64,000 bases of DNA, from positions 48,918,001 to 48,982,000 of the forward strand of contig OX597822.1 of assembly GCA_951406725.2 (NCBI GenBank). The letters are read 5' to 3'. Each line of letters opens with the position of its first letter. The first letter of the stretch is position 1. A model generated the notes under the pieces. That model searched no databases. It saw only the letters and a list, made by a program, of their open reading frames with translations, and had not been told where the DNA came from. Positions 37,209 to 51,569 of the stretch are shown here, one piece after another. The position numbers were made by a program, and so were the translations under genes. This DNA comes from Octopus vulgaris. Its lineage: Eukaryota.

Positions 37209-38234
37209 GTTTGACCTATTTTTTGTGATTCAGTTTTTGTAAATGTATTGATTATATATATATAATAATTATTATTTGAGGAAATATAAATCCTAACTTA
37301 CAGGGAAAAAATTCAATTTAGAAATACTAAATCAAATTTCACATAATATAATATATATATATAAAATTAGAAAAAACCCACCTTTTATCAATTCAAAATG
37401 AACAATTAAATTTGAATTTTACCTAGTTTGCTAACAATTCTGTCAGCTTATCACCTAATATATGCCACATATAATAAAATGTTTTTGTTCAGGGTCATGC
37501 TGGTGGAGGGAGACTAAAATGACAGCTGGAGAGGGAGTGAATGGCAGTCAGAGGTGTTAAATATAGTTGAGAGAAAGTGAGAGAATTAGAATTACAATGG
37601 AATCAAGATTTTGCAATGACTGGAATAGCAGGAATAGGAAGATTCAGTTGTTCAGTCAACTAAATTATTTTCTCTTGGATTAAGATGTAAGTGGTTGAAT
37701 ATTTCACAGACACATCAGTATGATAGAGTGTATGTGTGTGTGTGTGAGAGAGAGGGTGTGCATGAGGGACAAAGTTGTCTCTTTGAATTACAGGTACTGT
37801 TCCTCTGACAAACTTCTGTCAGCTACCAAATTTCACCCACTAAGTTTTGAATGATCTGTGGGTACAGATGATGGCATTTGCCCAAGATGCCTACCATGCT
37901 GTTGGATCAAACTGGGACCTTACGATTGAAAAGCCAACTTATGAACCATTCAGACATACAATACCTACAACAAAAGTCAATTACTGTCATGTTCTAAGCT
38001 GAAAATAAATATTCTGAATCCAGCATTAAACAGTAAAATTCAATATCAATACATCGATTGACCTTAAGGGTACTCTAAATTCAACATTCACTGTAGGTAA
38101 TTGTTTTATCATACTCTCCTAAACATTAAATGTGTCACTAAAGGTCATAACAGTCTTCACAATCTTTACACTGTCAACGATGATGTTTAAATTCTAAATA
38201 TGTTTTAAATATTTCATGAATCTTGTATTTCTAG

Positions 38235-38309
38235 TGATCCATCTTACTTGAAAAAGTCTGGTGCTGCTATTTATAATTCCCTGATTGCTGCTGATCCTAA
38301 AGCTATTTG
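38235..38309 (+). CDS. NAGLU: NAGLU exon 11 (DPSYLKKSGAAIYNSLIAADPKAIW), phase 2/2
   Basis: tAG acceptor, GTAAGA donor, 75 nt. Confidence 0.96.
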
Positions 38310-38316
38310 GTAAGAG

Positions 38317-38425
<109 letters not shown>

Positions 38426-39952
38426 CATTTATTGTCTGTTTTCCATGCTGGGATGGGCTGGATGGTTTGACAGAAGCTGACCAGCTGAAGGATTGTTTAG
38501 GCACCAAATCTATTTTGGCATGGTTTCTATGGCTCAGTGTCCTTCCTAATGCCAACCACTTTACAGAATGTACTGAGTGCTTTTATGCATTACTGGCAGA
38601 GGTGCTTTTTACATGTCAGCAGCACTTTTGAGCCTTCAGGATTAGGGATGCTCATTTGGAGAGGGTAGATCCCCTGTCATCCTCCCTGTGAGCCTCAATG
38701 TTTGTGAATCTCTTCTCACCACTTTGTTCCACATCTTGCAGGGTCTACCTCTTCCACATGTTCCCTTCTCTACAGTTAGAGATTGTGTTCCATATATATA
38801 TATATATATATATATAGAGGAGACCAAATTGTGTGTACGGCACTATATGTTTTATATATAAAAACTACAAAATGGGACAAGAATATAAAGCATCCAGATA
38901 AATGATACAAAGAAAACAAAGACGGGTCATTAGGAGTTTTCTTTCCTCAGTTGAGTTCCAGATTATCTTTGCAATTTTGGCTGGTTATACTCGAGATTGT
39001 TCCAATCTGGCCAGCCCCAAGGAAAAACTAAGTTAAGAGCATTAGATTCCTTGGAAAAAAGCAGTGAATGTATACGGAAACAAGGAGGGAATAAAACAGA
39101 ATGTTACACAAATACAAATAACAGGACATAAGGACGAATTAAATTAAGCTGGCATGTGTGAAAGTAAAGCCTTATGGCAGGGATACAAGATTTCACAGGC
39201 ACAGGGAGGAATATAGATATTGGATGGACAGCAGCCGAATCAAGAAAGAAAGGGTAGGCTTGGCAAACACCAGTCACATGGGGAGAGAAGAGAGAGAGAT
39301 AGAGGCAAAAACATATAGTGGCATATGTACACTTTGGTCTCTTATATGTAAGTATATATTTATCTAAATCTTGTACGACTCTATTCTTTCTATTATTCTT
39401 TCCTTCTTTCTATTAGCCCTTTCACACTTACTTTGTTCATTCCACTCTTCGTTCTTTTGTGCTCCCTCTCTCACATTTCCTTGCCTTCTCTTCATGCTCA
39501 CTTACCCTCCTCTTTTCACTTCACTGTGTCTCTGTCATTTTTTCTTGCCCCTCCACCTACTCCACCGCTGTTACCGTTCCAGAAGATTTTGTACCTATGT
39601 GTCTTGCCTGTGAGGAAGAGCTGAAGCTCCTCTCCTCTTTACCTCTTGAATGCAACATACATCAGCATACATCTGTTCAAGCATTTCCACAATCTCGCTA
39701 GACCTACCTTTCAATGAGCTTACATTGACAGTGCCAATTGGGAAAGGGATGTTGGAGGGAACATGGGAAGGAGAAATGGTATTCAGCACCTAAAAAGGTT
39801 TCATTGACCATTTGATAATAGACATGTCACATCAGTTACTCTCGTTTTAACCTACCATCATTCAAACATGTTAAAATTGTTGCCTTTCTCTCTCTCTTTC
39901 TTTCTCTCTCTACCTCTCATACAGCTTGGCTATCCTCAAATTTCTCTTTCAG

Positions 39953-40034
39953 GTTAATGCAAGGATGGCTTTTTCAAGATGCAAGTTTCTGGAAACCTCC
40001 ACAAGCTAAAGCTCTTTTAACATCAGTTCCACAG
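39953..40034 (+). CDS. NAGLU: NAGLU exon 12 (LMQGWLFQDASFWKPPQAKALLTSVPQ), phase 2/0
   Basis: cAG acceptor, GTTTGT donor, 82 nt. Confidence 0.97.
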
Positions 40035-40680
40035 GTTTGTAGACTTATATTTTCCTTTGCTAGGGTATAATAACTTTCACTGTTATATTCTACATGACAA
40101 ACATTTGATATTTGCATTGATGTAACGGCAGTTATATTAAGACACAGGGGATAATTCTTCAAATAAATCTCAATAATCCTGAGTTTTGGTACTTCATTTT
40201 CCCAAGTTTTAATTTCCAAAAGAATGGTTGTGGTTTGAGAGATACAAAGGAGCAAGGTGCAATATTTCACATTATGCTGAACTTGAAGATGAATAGTATT
40301 TTCTTACTCATATCCTGTGACATAAATTGGTTAAGTGTGTGATTCTTCTGTCATTTACCCCATTGGCTTTTTACCATTTATTCCCTTTCTTCTATAAAAG
40401 AAGAAATTAATAATAAATGTATAGCCAGCACAGAGACAGAGAAAATGATGGAATAATATTACTATTTAGTTTTTGCATTACAGAATTAATACTTAATTTT
40501 CAGATAGGATATATTAACCCTCTCTCTCTCTATATCATCCTCTTTCTATATATATTACACTCTGTCTGTATATGTATTATCCACTGTCTACCTATATTAT
40601 CCTCTGTCTGTGTATCTGTCTGTCTGTCTCTCTCTCTATATATATATTACCTCCCTCTGTTTATATTACCCTCTGTTAAT

Positions 40681-40716
<36 letters not shown>

Positions 40717-41989
40717 TACTCTCTGTGTACATATATTATGCCTTTTGTTTGAATATATTACCCTCTGTTTCATCATCATCACTCAATGTCTGTTGTCCAT
40801 GCTGGCATGGGTTGGACAGTTTGACCAGAGCTGGCAAGCTGGGGAGTTGCACCAGCCTTCAGTATGGTTGGGCATGGTTTCTACAGCTGTCTGTATACAT
40901 GCATCATACAATCTTCCTTTCACTCAGAGAGAAACCTTTTGTGGCCAGCAGAGGTCTTTTCACTCTCCATGGAAATTTTTACAACTTCTATTTGTTTTAT
41001 TGGTTAGTCAGTAGAAGGATAGTGCTAATGACCATTTCTAGAGCCCCTGAGACTGGTAAAGGGAGGGAGGAAGGTATCCTTGAACTGAAAACTTACTTCA
41101 AATACTTTGAATGAACTGGGCTCTGCTAAAAGCAGCAATGGTCCTAGTGTTGGTGTTAAGTTAGGCAGTGGATTGAGTCTACCACCTATGAATAATTGTT
41201 GTCAATACAGACCATGTTGATGTGAATACAATATGAATAACTAGCCTCATGATTTTGTTTTATTTTAGACGCTCTTCAGATCTTGGCTAATAATCTGTAA
41301 CATACAAAAAATGCATGATAATTTGCTAAACATTAACAAAATGTATTATGTTTTTGACTACATGGCATATGATATAATACATTGTATTTATTAAGAATGT
41401 TTAGTCATATTTTTAAAATTCTTTAGGTTTTGAAATCCAAAATAATGGGAATATATGATCAACAATTAAATTTTTGTAAAGAATACTTCCTATATATTCC
41501 CTAAATTAGGGAGATGACTGGCACCCGTGCCAGTGGAGCACTAGGAGCACTAGGAGCACCATCTGAGCATGATCACTGCCAGAGCAGCTGACTGGCTTCT
41601 GTGTCAGTGGCATGTAAAAAGCACCATTCAAACGTGATCATTACCAGCGTCGCCTTACTGGCAGTTGTGCTGGTGACACATGAAAAACATTCAAGTGAGG
41701 TCGTTGCCAGTGCCACTGGACTGGCTCCTGTGCAGGTGGTATGTAAAAAAAACACCACCTGAACATGGCTGTCGCCAGTACCGCCTGACTGGCCCTCATG
41801 CTAGTGGCACATAAGAGCACCCACTACACTCTCGGAGTGGTTGGCATTAGGAAGGGCATCCAGCTGTAGAAACTCTGCCTGATCAGATTGGAGCCTGGTG
41901 CAGCCACCTGATTCGCCAGTCCACAGTCAAATCATCCAATCCTTTCTAGCATGGAAAGTGGACGTTAAACGATGGTGAGGAATGATGAT

Positions 41990-42790
41990 CTTACTGGGTA
42001 CTGAGAGAAATGTAATAGTCCTATAATTGTTGCAGTCATGGTGGTCACTTTTACCTTTCTAGAGTGGAATAATTATACCACTCTTCCAATCAGGAAGTAT
42101 AATGCCACTGCTCCAGATTGAGCAGATGATCCACCACATGAGCATGACTGCAGAAGGCCATCTTTCTTGATCATCTCCCCCTGGATGCCATGAATACCAG
42201 CTGCCTTTTTGCATTGCGGCTGATTCACCATCATATGAACTTCGTCTTTGTGTACTCAATGAATGCAAGCAGAGCTTTTGGCAGGAGTTGTTTGCAACCT
42301 ACGTCGACCTCTGCAAAGCATTTGGCTTGATGGACAGAAATGTACTTTGGCAGATTCTGGAGTTGTGAGGTATATAACCTCAACTGATTGGGGTGATGAT
42401 GGCCTTGTATACTGGAACAGTCAGTGCAGTTTGGATTGAGGGCTCAACATCTGACTTTTTCTCAGTTACATCTGGGGTCTGTCAGGGTAGTGTCTTGGCT
42501 CCCATTCATTTCAATACTTGCATGGATTGGATATTTGGACAAATGGTGGCTTGATTGAGTTGTGGTGCACTCATTGGTGCAACTAGGATTAGAGGCCAAG
42601 ATTTTGCTGGTGACGGCATTTATTCTTGCTGAGTCTCTGGGTGTCTTAAGGAGCACCCTCCTTTCACTGAGTGAGGAAGCAGAACCATTTGGCCTAAGAG
42701 GCTTTTGTGTTAAGACAAAGATCCAGTTCTTTGTTGGCTTCTTGGAGGACTCCACATCGTCTGTCTCTGTTGTGGTTGAGAATGCCATTT
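41990..42790. mobile_element. LINE RT fragment with inverted 5' part
   Basis: Minus ~41990-42200: DWKSGIIIPL*KGK..CNNYRTITFLSVPSK. Plus ~42210-42790: YVDLCKAF..LWQIL..SGVCQGSVLAPIHFN. Confidence 0.8.
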
Positions 42791-43033
42791 TGCTCTACTT
42801 ACTGTGTTCTCTTCACTGAGGATCCAGCTGGGTTGATGGCTCTGTTGACCACATGCCACATGGTCATGACAAATGAGGAGGTAGTTCTCAGAGACAGGGA
42901 CTGACTGAGACTCTGCTCAATGGGTTGCCCAGGGGTATCTGGGAATATACATCAGAAAATGCAGCAATGCACTATAACAGAGCATACCCCCCCACCACCT
43001 GATCTGACCAAATTATTTTCAAATTTTTTATAG

Positions 43034-43183
43034 GGTCGTATGATTGTCTTAGACTTGTTTGCTGAAGTTAGTCCAATGTGGAAACGGCTTGATTTCTTTT
43101 ATGGCCAACCGTTTATCTGGTGCATGCTCCATAATTTTGGTGGCACGATGGATTTATATGGTGACTTGGAAAGTGTCAATGTG
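43034..43183 (+). CDS. NAGLU: NAGLU exon 13 ([41 protein letters not shown]), phase 0/0
   Basis: tAG acceptor, GTAAGT donor, 150 nt. Confidence 0.98.
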
Positions 43184-43624
43184 GTAAGTTGAAAATATTT
43201 TCATTTATAGTTTTTGCTTGGAGTAAAATACTACATGTAGTGAGGCTTGTGTGTTGAATGCAAAAGTGCTACAAAAATGGATGTAAAATGATGATGATAA
43301 TGAATAATCCTTTCTATTATAGGCACAAGGCCTGATTTTTTTCAGGAAGGAGTAAGTCAGTTACATCAGCTCCTGTGCACATGTACTTATTTCATTGACC
43401 TCAAAAGGATGAAACCAAAGTCGACCTCAGAATTTGAACTCAGAACAAAAAGTTGGATGAAATACCACTAAGCTTTTTGTTTGACATGTTAATGATTCTA
43501 CCAGCTCACTGCCTTAATAATAATAATAATAATAATAATGATAAGAAGAAGAAGAAGAAGAAGGTGGCGGTGGCGGCGGCGGCGGAGGAGGAGGAGGAGG
43601 AGAAGAAGAAGAAGAAGAAGCAAA

Positions 43625-43975
43625 ATCCTAACAATGGCTGAGAAGCTCAGGACTCAAACCAGAGACTGAAGGATTTTTAGTTGCAGCACAAGACCCACCA
43701 GAGATCACCAAAAACACATGATGAAAAGAAATACAATAAATCATATTGTCTGTGGCTGCCAGTCCTGGCTAAGAAGGAATATCTTCACAGACACGACAAA
43801 GTTGGGACCTATATACACTGGAAGCTATGCCAATACTATGGAATAACAACAGAAAAAAGATGGTACAGGCACATACCAGAAAAGGTTGCAGAAAAGGAGA
43901 AAGCAACCATTCTCTAGAGAAATTAAGGCCAATAGGCTGGATAGTTGTCAGAGATCATGCAAAGAAGTGCAAATG
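43625..43975 (+). mobile_element. R4/Dong-type (restriction-like endonuclease) LINE fragment
   Basis: TEGFLVAAQD and PVLAKKEYLHRHDKVGTYIHWKLC..WYRHIPEKV motifs; immediately follows a compound (AAT)n(AAG)n(GGC)n(GAG)n tract. Confidence 0.75.
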
Positions 43976-44133
43976 GCAACTTCATGCACATACACATCTA
44001 CACACATGTATGTGTGTGTGTTTGTGATATATATATACATGTATATTTGTAAAATAATGCATTTATTACTGTATTTCTTTTGTTTCTCATTCTACATTCT
44101 TGGTAATGTTTTGAAATTGTGTGTGCCATGTAG

Positions 44134-44282
44134 GGTCCAGCAAATGCACGTTCTCCTGCGAACAGTTCAATGATTGGAACAGGACTCAGCCCTGAAGGGA
44201 TATTCCAGAATTATGTAATGTACGAGTTCTTGTTAGATGAATCTATGTCAATGGATTCCTCAGTTCGGAACATTAGTAAATG
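44134..44282 (+). CDS. NAGLU: NAGLU exon 14 (GPANARSPANSSMIGTGLSPEGIFQNYVMYEFL..), phase 0/2; contains second catalytic Glu
   Basis: tAG acceptor, GTAAGT donor, 149 nt; PEG motif (human E446 equivalent). Confidence 0.97.
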
Positions 44283-45359
44283 GTAAGTTTCTTTTTTTGT
44301 GAACTCTTCTAATTTGCTGGTTCCAGCAATACTTGAACACTACCATCATTGTTGCATGCAATAACTTTTATTTATCATCATTGTAAGGGCATTCAGCTGT
44401 AGAAACTCTGCCAGATCAAGACTGGAGCTTGGTGCAGCCATCTGGTTCGCCAGCCCACAGTCAAACCGTCCAACCCATGATAGCATGGAAAGCAGATGTT
44501 AAACGACGACGATGATGATGATGATTGTCATCCTTGTTGGCAGCATTGGCAGCCTCCTCCTCTTTTTTGCATTCACTTTTCCATGCATACTTGTCTCTTT
44601 TGCATGCTACATTTGATTTCTCTTATACCAAGTTTTCCTCTTAGCTCATTTATACTTTGTTGTTCATGCATGCTAACATTTACACACATAGTGGAGCATG
44701 CTTGCTTCATTTCTTTCCATCGTTACACTTCCTATTCATTCAGTATCTATGTCTTGCTACCATGCAACATTGTATAAACGTACAGAAATATAATACAATC
44801 TATCCATAAAACAAAGAAACAATAGAGACAATAACTCCTTGAGCCTTTTCCATCCTGTTTGTTATTTGGTGAATGATGCAGTTTAATTCTTTTATGTCTC
44901 TGTGATGTACATTCATCTCAGATCTTACACAGAAAATTTTTTAAAATATTATCTAAATTTGTTGGCATCTACTATTTTAAGTTGGTCCTTTATGTTTTGC
45001 CAGAGATATTGAAGAACTATAATTCTTTGAGACAAATCTATTGTAATATATAATCCAAACAATAAACTCGAAAAGAGAGGCAGAGATTTTGGTACTGGAT
45101 CTTCCATGATATAAATTACTGCATATCTTTACTTCATTCTAGGTTGTTGACTCATAAAACTTTCAACCTCTTCGAGCAACTTATCTGCTATATTTAAGAA
45201 ATATTCTTTGTGTAGGACTATTAAATTGCTTAAAGCTTAGTAGTAAACTTATCACTAGGGATAGACTACAGATAGGATTAATAATATAGACTATCAAAAA
45301 CAAGGGTCCTTAGCAGGACTAAGGTGACATTTTGATCTCTTATTTTAGTTTCCAAACTG

Positions 45360-46980
45360 ACGTCATGTTCATCCCAGAAGGTTTCCAAAAGCACTTGTAG
45401 CCTTAGATATTCTAATATTAATTTCATCAAGTGTACTCTTAAAATTTACTGTACTACCAAGATATTTCAAAGACCTGACCCATTTGTGCGACTTATTGTC
45501 AATCATCATATTTGAATATTGAGTATGTTCTGTCCCCGGATTTGGTTGGAATAAAACTTCAATCTTCTTAATGTGGATACCCAGCACAAATGCATGACTG
45601 CTGCGGCAAACCTGTCAAATATTTACTGAATTCCTTCAAATGTACGAGAAATGAAAGTGTAATCATCAGTGAATAAAAAATCATGTAGAATCTCTTCCTT
45701 GGTCTTGTTTTTTTGATCTGAGGCATTTAGGTTTACTCTGTGTGAAACTGAAATTTTACACCTTCATGGTAATCCTTAAAGGTATGTTGGAGCATGATCA
45801 AAAAGAATTTAGATCTTCAGTGGTCTCTTTGTATACGGTTTAACAAATACCTTACTGTGAAATATTCTGAGATCTGAGCAACATTTGGGAGTTTTGTGAG
45901 CTCTGGTTAGTCTGACATCACAACAATCTTTGCACTGATGACATAGTCAAGCATGTCCCAGATACCAAATTGAGGATGCTTCCAGGTGTTTTTATATTTA
46001 CCTGCCTGCTGAAACACTATATTTGTAATTGTTAAACCAAACTGTTCCATGTTTTTCTTTTACTTTTGACCACATTTGTATACACTTATTTTAAAAGACT
46101 GAGTCTATAGGAGTTGCATGGGAGCTGCAATGCTATATGGGAGTGAGATATGGTGTCTGAGGGAGAGAGAGATGGAAATTTTGAGAAGGACCGAGAAGGC
46201 AATGGTGAGAAAAATGTGTGGTGTGAAGCTGTTTGATAAAAGGAGGACTGAGGACTTGAAGGGGATGCTGGAGATTGGAGGAATCAGTGATTCAATGGCA
46301 AATCCAGCTCCATGGATTTTTGTCTCACTTGCCAGCTTTCTGCTTCAAAAAAATGTATAATCACTTTCATCTTCTTCTGAGTCACCAGAATCATCAAGCC
46401 TGGTTTCACATAGAGTAGCAATATCAATATTGTATGAGCCAATTACCTTTACAGTTAGTGTTGTTATTGTTCTAGACTGTCTTTACTATCTTGTAAATTT
46501 CTTACATTCCGACAACCAAAGATTAACGTTTCTTTTATTTTTCTTATCTTTAACACAACTGCAATAAACTGGCTGGCTTGTAATCTGCAGTTAATGCCAA
46601 GCTTATTGAAGAGAACACTTTTTTCAGGGTTCCTTTTCTCACCCTCCTCCAAGATCAAAGAAACAGTGTTATACCTAAATAGGACTGCTTGCCACAGAAA
46701 GGAAGACACAAGTCTTACAGGTGCCTTTGTATTCTACAATGGCATAGCTCTCTGCTGCCTGTGTATGAGACTCTGGTTAGAAACTTCCAGTAACACCCTT
46801 TGCTTGTTCCTGTTGCCATAACCCATCACCTTTCCTCTTACCTTCAAACTGCCTCCACAATGAATTTGTTTTAAGTGGTAAGGGCTTGTGTCACTCAAAA
46901 AGCCTAGTTTCTGGTGCATATTAGTTATCACAGGAAGGAAAGGCAGTTTTGATGTAGAGCTAGTGACTCAGGAGTGCCCA
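45360..46980 (-). mobile_element. Fragmented RTE LINE (5' UTR, endonuclease, RT) with a plus-strand RTE piece at ~46100-46300
   Basis: LIFGCRNVRNL..YNIDIATLCETRL endonuclease start; KYLGSTV..DEINIRISKATSAFGNL RT C-terminal motif. Confidence 0.75.
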
Positions 46981-47542
46981 AGGTGGAATTTACTTAGGCT
47001 TCAATAAATGATGAAGCCCTAACACCAACAATAATGATAATGATGATAATGATGATAAAGCAATACCTAAGGAAATTATACGTTATTTTGGAAAACTATA
47101 AAATTATTGGAAATAGCTATTAAGCGCCATGAAATAAGTAACATAATCTCTGAAATGTTTGACTCTTGAGATCTTGTAAAGCGTACATGCTCACGATATT
47201 AGTGGGAGGATTAGTTGATTACTTCAACCTTTGCAGAAAAAGTTGATCTTGATGGGATTTGAACTCTCAATGTTAAGAACCAGAGAAAATTTTGTAACAC
47301 TCAAATGATTCTGTTAATTAACCACTCTACAAATAATAATGCTTTCTAATTTTGGCACTAATTGAAGGAGAGGGTGAACCCAGTACTTAATTGGTACTTT
47401 GTTTTATCAACCCTGAAAGAATGAAAAGAAAGTTGACCGTGGCAGGATTTGAACCCTGAAATGTAAAGAGCTGGAACAAATGCTGCAAAGCAATATTTCT
47501 GATACTGTAACAACAACAATGATAGTATTATTTTTATTGCAG

Positions 47543-47615
47543 GATTTCAGGTTATGTGTCAAGACGTTATGGTACCACAAATCAGTTGATCGACTCTGGC
47601 TGGCAATTGTTGCGA
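47543..47615 (+). CDS. NAGLU: NAGLU exon 15 (ISGYVSRRYGTTNQLIDSGWQLLR), phase 2/0
   Basis: cAG acceptor, GTAAGT donor, 73 nt; RRYG..W.LL motif. Confidence 0.96.
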
Positions 47616-50600
47616 GTAAGTTGATTTTCTATCTTTTCTACAAAAGTTGATTGATTACAAAACAAAATAAAGCAAAATAGATAAAATATCAGACTTATTT
47701 GGAAATCAGTTAATTAATTAATGATTTACTGAGAAAGACATTGAACTGTATCTGGTGGTGAGGTTCTCACTCAGGAGTTAAGCAGTTTTAGAGGAGTATG
47801 GAGTTACTCCTTAGTCACTACTTAGGTCCCCTCTGACCCAGGGCAGTAGTACCTGTCTAGGGCCCCAGTTATGGGTCAAAATAAGCAATCGTCTTATGGC
47901 TAAGGCATAAAGGACTTGGAAGAGTGGTGGCTCCTAGACATGTGTCACACAGGCCTATCATTTCTTCTGCCTAAGGTTTAAAAATGCTGTCTCAAGGGTC
48001 AGCTTGGAAGAGCAAGAGACTAGCAGAGCAAACTACAAATAAACCAGCAGTGGGTAAGAGGAAACCACTGCTTTATATTTCCCCTAAAAATCAGAGATCT
48101 CCAGACTTTGGTATGGAGGTCCATGACCACTGATGGTTATAGGCATGGCACATGAAAAGAAGAGAATTAGATAAATAACATTTAACCCTTTTAATATCAA
48201 CTTGCTAGAGACCACTCCTGGAATTTTGGTATACAAATCTTTCATATTATAGTGCTTATATCCAAATTAAGAATTCTTTGGTAATTTATATTCACAAAAC
48301 AAATTGGTATAAAGAAGTAAAAGTAAAAGTGAATTATTTTATTAATTTCTCCAGAGTCTCAATTAATTTCAAAATTAATTGAAACATACAAAAGACGCTG
48401 TATGTTCCTATTAATTATCAAAAATATTTGATAAGATCCGGAGATTAGAGGGCTTAGTGAATAGGGTATTCAGTGCTATTCTGTGGGACTGAACCTGAAG
48501 CCACATGTTTGGGAAGTCATGTCTAACAATGGTATTTCTCTAATTAGTGATCAACTGATAATAGAATCAAACACAAGTTTTTACAGTTAGACTACTTCAT
48601 TAGTAACACAGTAATTAATGAGAATACAATATGGAGTTGAAAAAAAAATTATTTTTTTCCACAAAATATGTCTATTTCAAATTTTCTTTTCAACTTAAGA
48701 TCTTTTTTAAAACTGGAAAAAAAAAAAGAAAAAGAAAAAATTAGACATTGCTAATTGACAAATTTGCGCCTGAAGACAGGGAGATGGAATTTATCCCAGT
48801 CTGGTGACATCTGAATTATGAGTCTTGAAGAGAATTAAAAGTTGTTATTAACAAAAATGATGCATAAATGCAATCTAGGGACAGTCTTTAGATTTGTCAG
48901 TATTAATCATAAAAATTCCAGTGCTTTTATTTCTTAGATTTTTCAGCATCAATACTAAATTTTGTCTTTATGTCTTATGTCTTAATGTAGACTTAATAAT
49001 GTCCTTTTTATTAAGCAACAAGTTTCTTTCTCAATAATTCTAATAATCTATTAAAGATGACAGTTGTGTTGAAATGAAGCCAAATTTCTTTATGTCTTTT
49101 AATGTTTTTGATTCATGATGTTTTATAATATATTTTTTGTTAAAGTTACAGGTATGATGCAAAAGTGTGATGTGGTCCATTAGTTAAAAATGTATATTTA
49201 CTGAAATAACATTTTAGTGTTGTGTGGTTATCACTCTAGTAGGAGGTTTCTTTTACCACTAATCATAGTGTGTAGTTGCCACTGTTACTAAATGTCAACA
49301 CAATTACAAATTTTGGAATAATGTAAGAGCCATTCTTAAACTTCACAAATAATTTAATGTAATTAAGAACAGATATAAGTTCACCAAGAATATGCTTCAT
49401 GTGAAGCTGTACATGAATGTGAAAAGTTACATACAGTTTAGCCCTGTCACGTTCTGCGTGGAAAGGAATGTAACAGAAAATGTACAAAAGAATTTTGGAC
49501 CACAATTGGCTTGCTAGTAGCATAAGAGTGATTTATACACATGTTGTGAAGCATAAAAGGCTTGCCATGCACGGTTGCTCCAAGAAGCCATTTCTTTAGC
49601 TTAAGCCACATGTAGACAAACTTAGCTGCTCTCCACAATGACGATGTGTCCAGATTGAAGTTCAGCGAGGAAGAGAGGAAGACCAAATCGCACTTGTCCA
49701 ATATATAGCCAGAAAGACTGCTGGCTTTCCCTGGCAAATGAAAAACCTTCCAGAACCTTCTATGACTCAGTGGTATTACTAACAGGGACATGAATCCACT
49801 ATTCTTGGAAGTTTTCTAGAATGTTTGTCAAGGGAGGTCACTGTGGTTAGATCCCTGACTTCTGGCGAACCATAAATAATACGATGACAGAAACTGTTTC
49901 AGTTTACGTCACACCTACAGCATCAATGACCGAATCATAGATGTACAACAGTATTTTTTTGATCCCTAATGCTATATTGTACAAGTCAGCGAGTCTCTTC
50001 ATGGTCTATGTTTCACTTGCAAGAAATGACTGCGATATTCCTTCAGATCATACTCAACTGCAGTATTTCCCAACAAAAGTTATGCCAGAGGTCATAAAGG
50101 GTTCTGTGAGAAATTGTAATCAGTTAATTATATGTAAAAGCACCCACAGTGTATTCCCCGAGGTAGAAAAATTCTGGTATCTATAAGTAGGAAGGAGACC
50201 TTACTGTAAAAATGACCTTTTAACAGGGAATTTGAAGGAGTTTGGTGTAAACAAGGTCTTGGTTAAGATGAAACTTCTTAAACCTTCTTTGTGACATCTA
50301 ATAGATTTAGAACTGCCAAATCATTTAAAGATTTCTTTATGATTTGTTTAATATCTCATGAAATTTCATGCAAGAGAAAGAAAAAGATAAATAAAGATAT
50401 ATAATAATTTTTTTGTAAGGACTTCCTGAGACATGGAATGTATTTCAAGAGCAAAATAATTGGGAAATGCTCTCCTATTGTCTTAAGTAAGGAAGAACAC
50501 ATTGAACAATGAGGTTCTAGATATTAAAAAAGATGAGATGATCATACTGGAATGTCTTTGATTATAGGTATGTTCATTCAGGGTTGACTAGTGAACTAAA

Positions 50601-50986
50601 TTAATCAAATTCTACTATAACTTTAACAGCAAGTGGTTGTTTTAAATACCTGTTATGACTCTACCACAACATAATTGTTCTGGTTTTAACACAGTAACAA
50701 TGACCTGTGGCAGACCTGTGGTTCTTGGCTTTATGTAATTCAATGCCTCCTTTCACTAAATAATGTTTCACAGAGGCTCTTTCCTTGTGTTACGGGGAAA
50801 CAAAAGAAAGAAAAATAAAGAGCAAAATAAGATTATTTCTAATTTTGTACAGTGGTTTATTATCAATATTTCCATACACTATCCCATTCAGTATGTGCCC
50901 TTTTTGCACTGACTTATCTCCCTTATATTATTAAATCATTATGGAATTTCTAAATAAGGCTAGGACTTATTTAGAGTAGAAGACAC

Positions 50987-51423
50987 GGATCTTTTCAGTT
51001 TGAATGGCAGTTTTAACATAATTTCTAGGTAACTAAAAAATTTTAAACTTCGTATACTGGTAGAATGTGTTTATAAAACATCTTTTTCTCTTGGCTTTAT
51101 TGAGAAAATTCTATAGTTTGTAAGATATTTGTTGTTTTTTTTCTTCAATTTCTGCAATTTCAACTAATCACTGATGTCTATTGAGATAAAAAGCATTCTG
51201 TGTTGTATGAATATGTCCCTCGTTTAAGAAACAGATTGGGTTTATTTACATTTGTGAAGAAAAAAAGATACCCTTCCCCCGACCCTTAACCCTAACCCTA
51301 ACCCTAACTAACCCAACCCTAAAACAGATTGAAATGCAATAGATCGATACTAGGATCATAATTATGGGTGACAATTTCATATGACACCACTAGAAAAAAC
51401 TGCTGTTCAAACCGAAAAGATCT
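50987..51423. mobile_element. 437-bp MITE with ~28-bp TIRs, 8-bp TSD and internal (CCCTAA)n, inserted in a SINE (Merlin-like)
   Basis: TIRs GGATCTTTTCAGTTTGAATGGCAGTTTT / AAAACTGCTGTTCAAACCGAAAAGATCT; TSD gaagacac/aaagacac; telomere-like tract ~51283-51321. Confidence 0.85.
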
Positions 51424-51536
51424 AAAGACACTTGCCCAAAGTGCCATGCAGTGGGAGAAAACCAAGAACTATGTGGTTGGGAAGTAAACTTCTTACCACA
51501 CACCCATAGCTATGCCTATAAAGCCATGCTTGAACC

Positions 51537-51569
<33 letters not shown>

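Noticed and set aside
50099-50186. GSVRNC...FWY peptide resembling a third copy of exon 16
   Set aside because: No YNC or V.RP motif, no polypyrimidine acceptor, wrong spacing, runs into a stop; likely coincidence.
50853-50890. 38-nt AG..GT segment in intron 15
   Set aside because: Frameshifting, no homology to GH89 and no other support.
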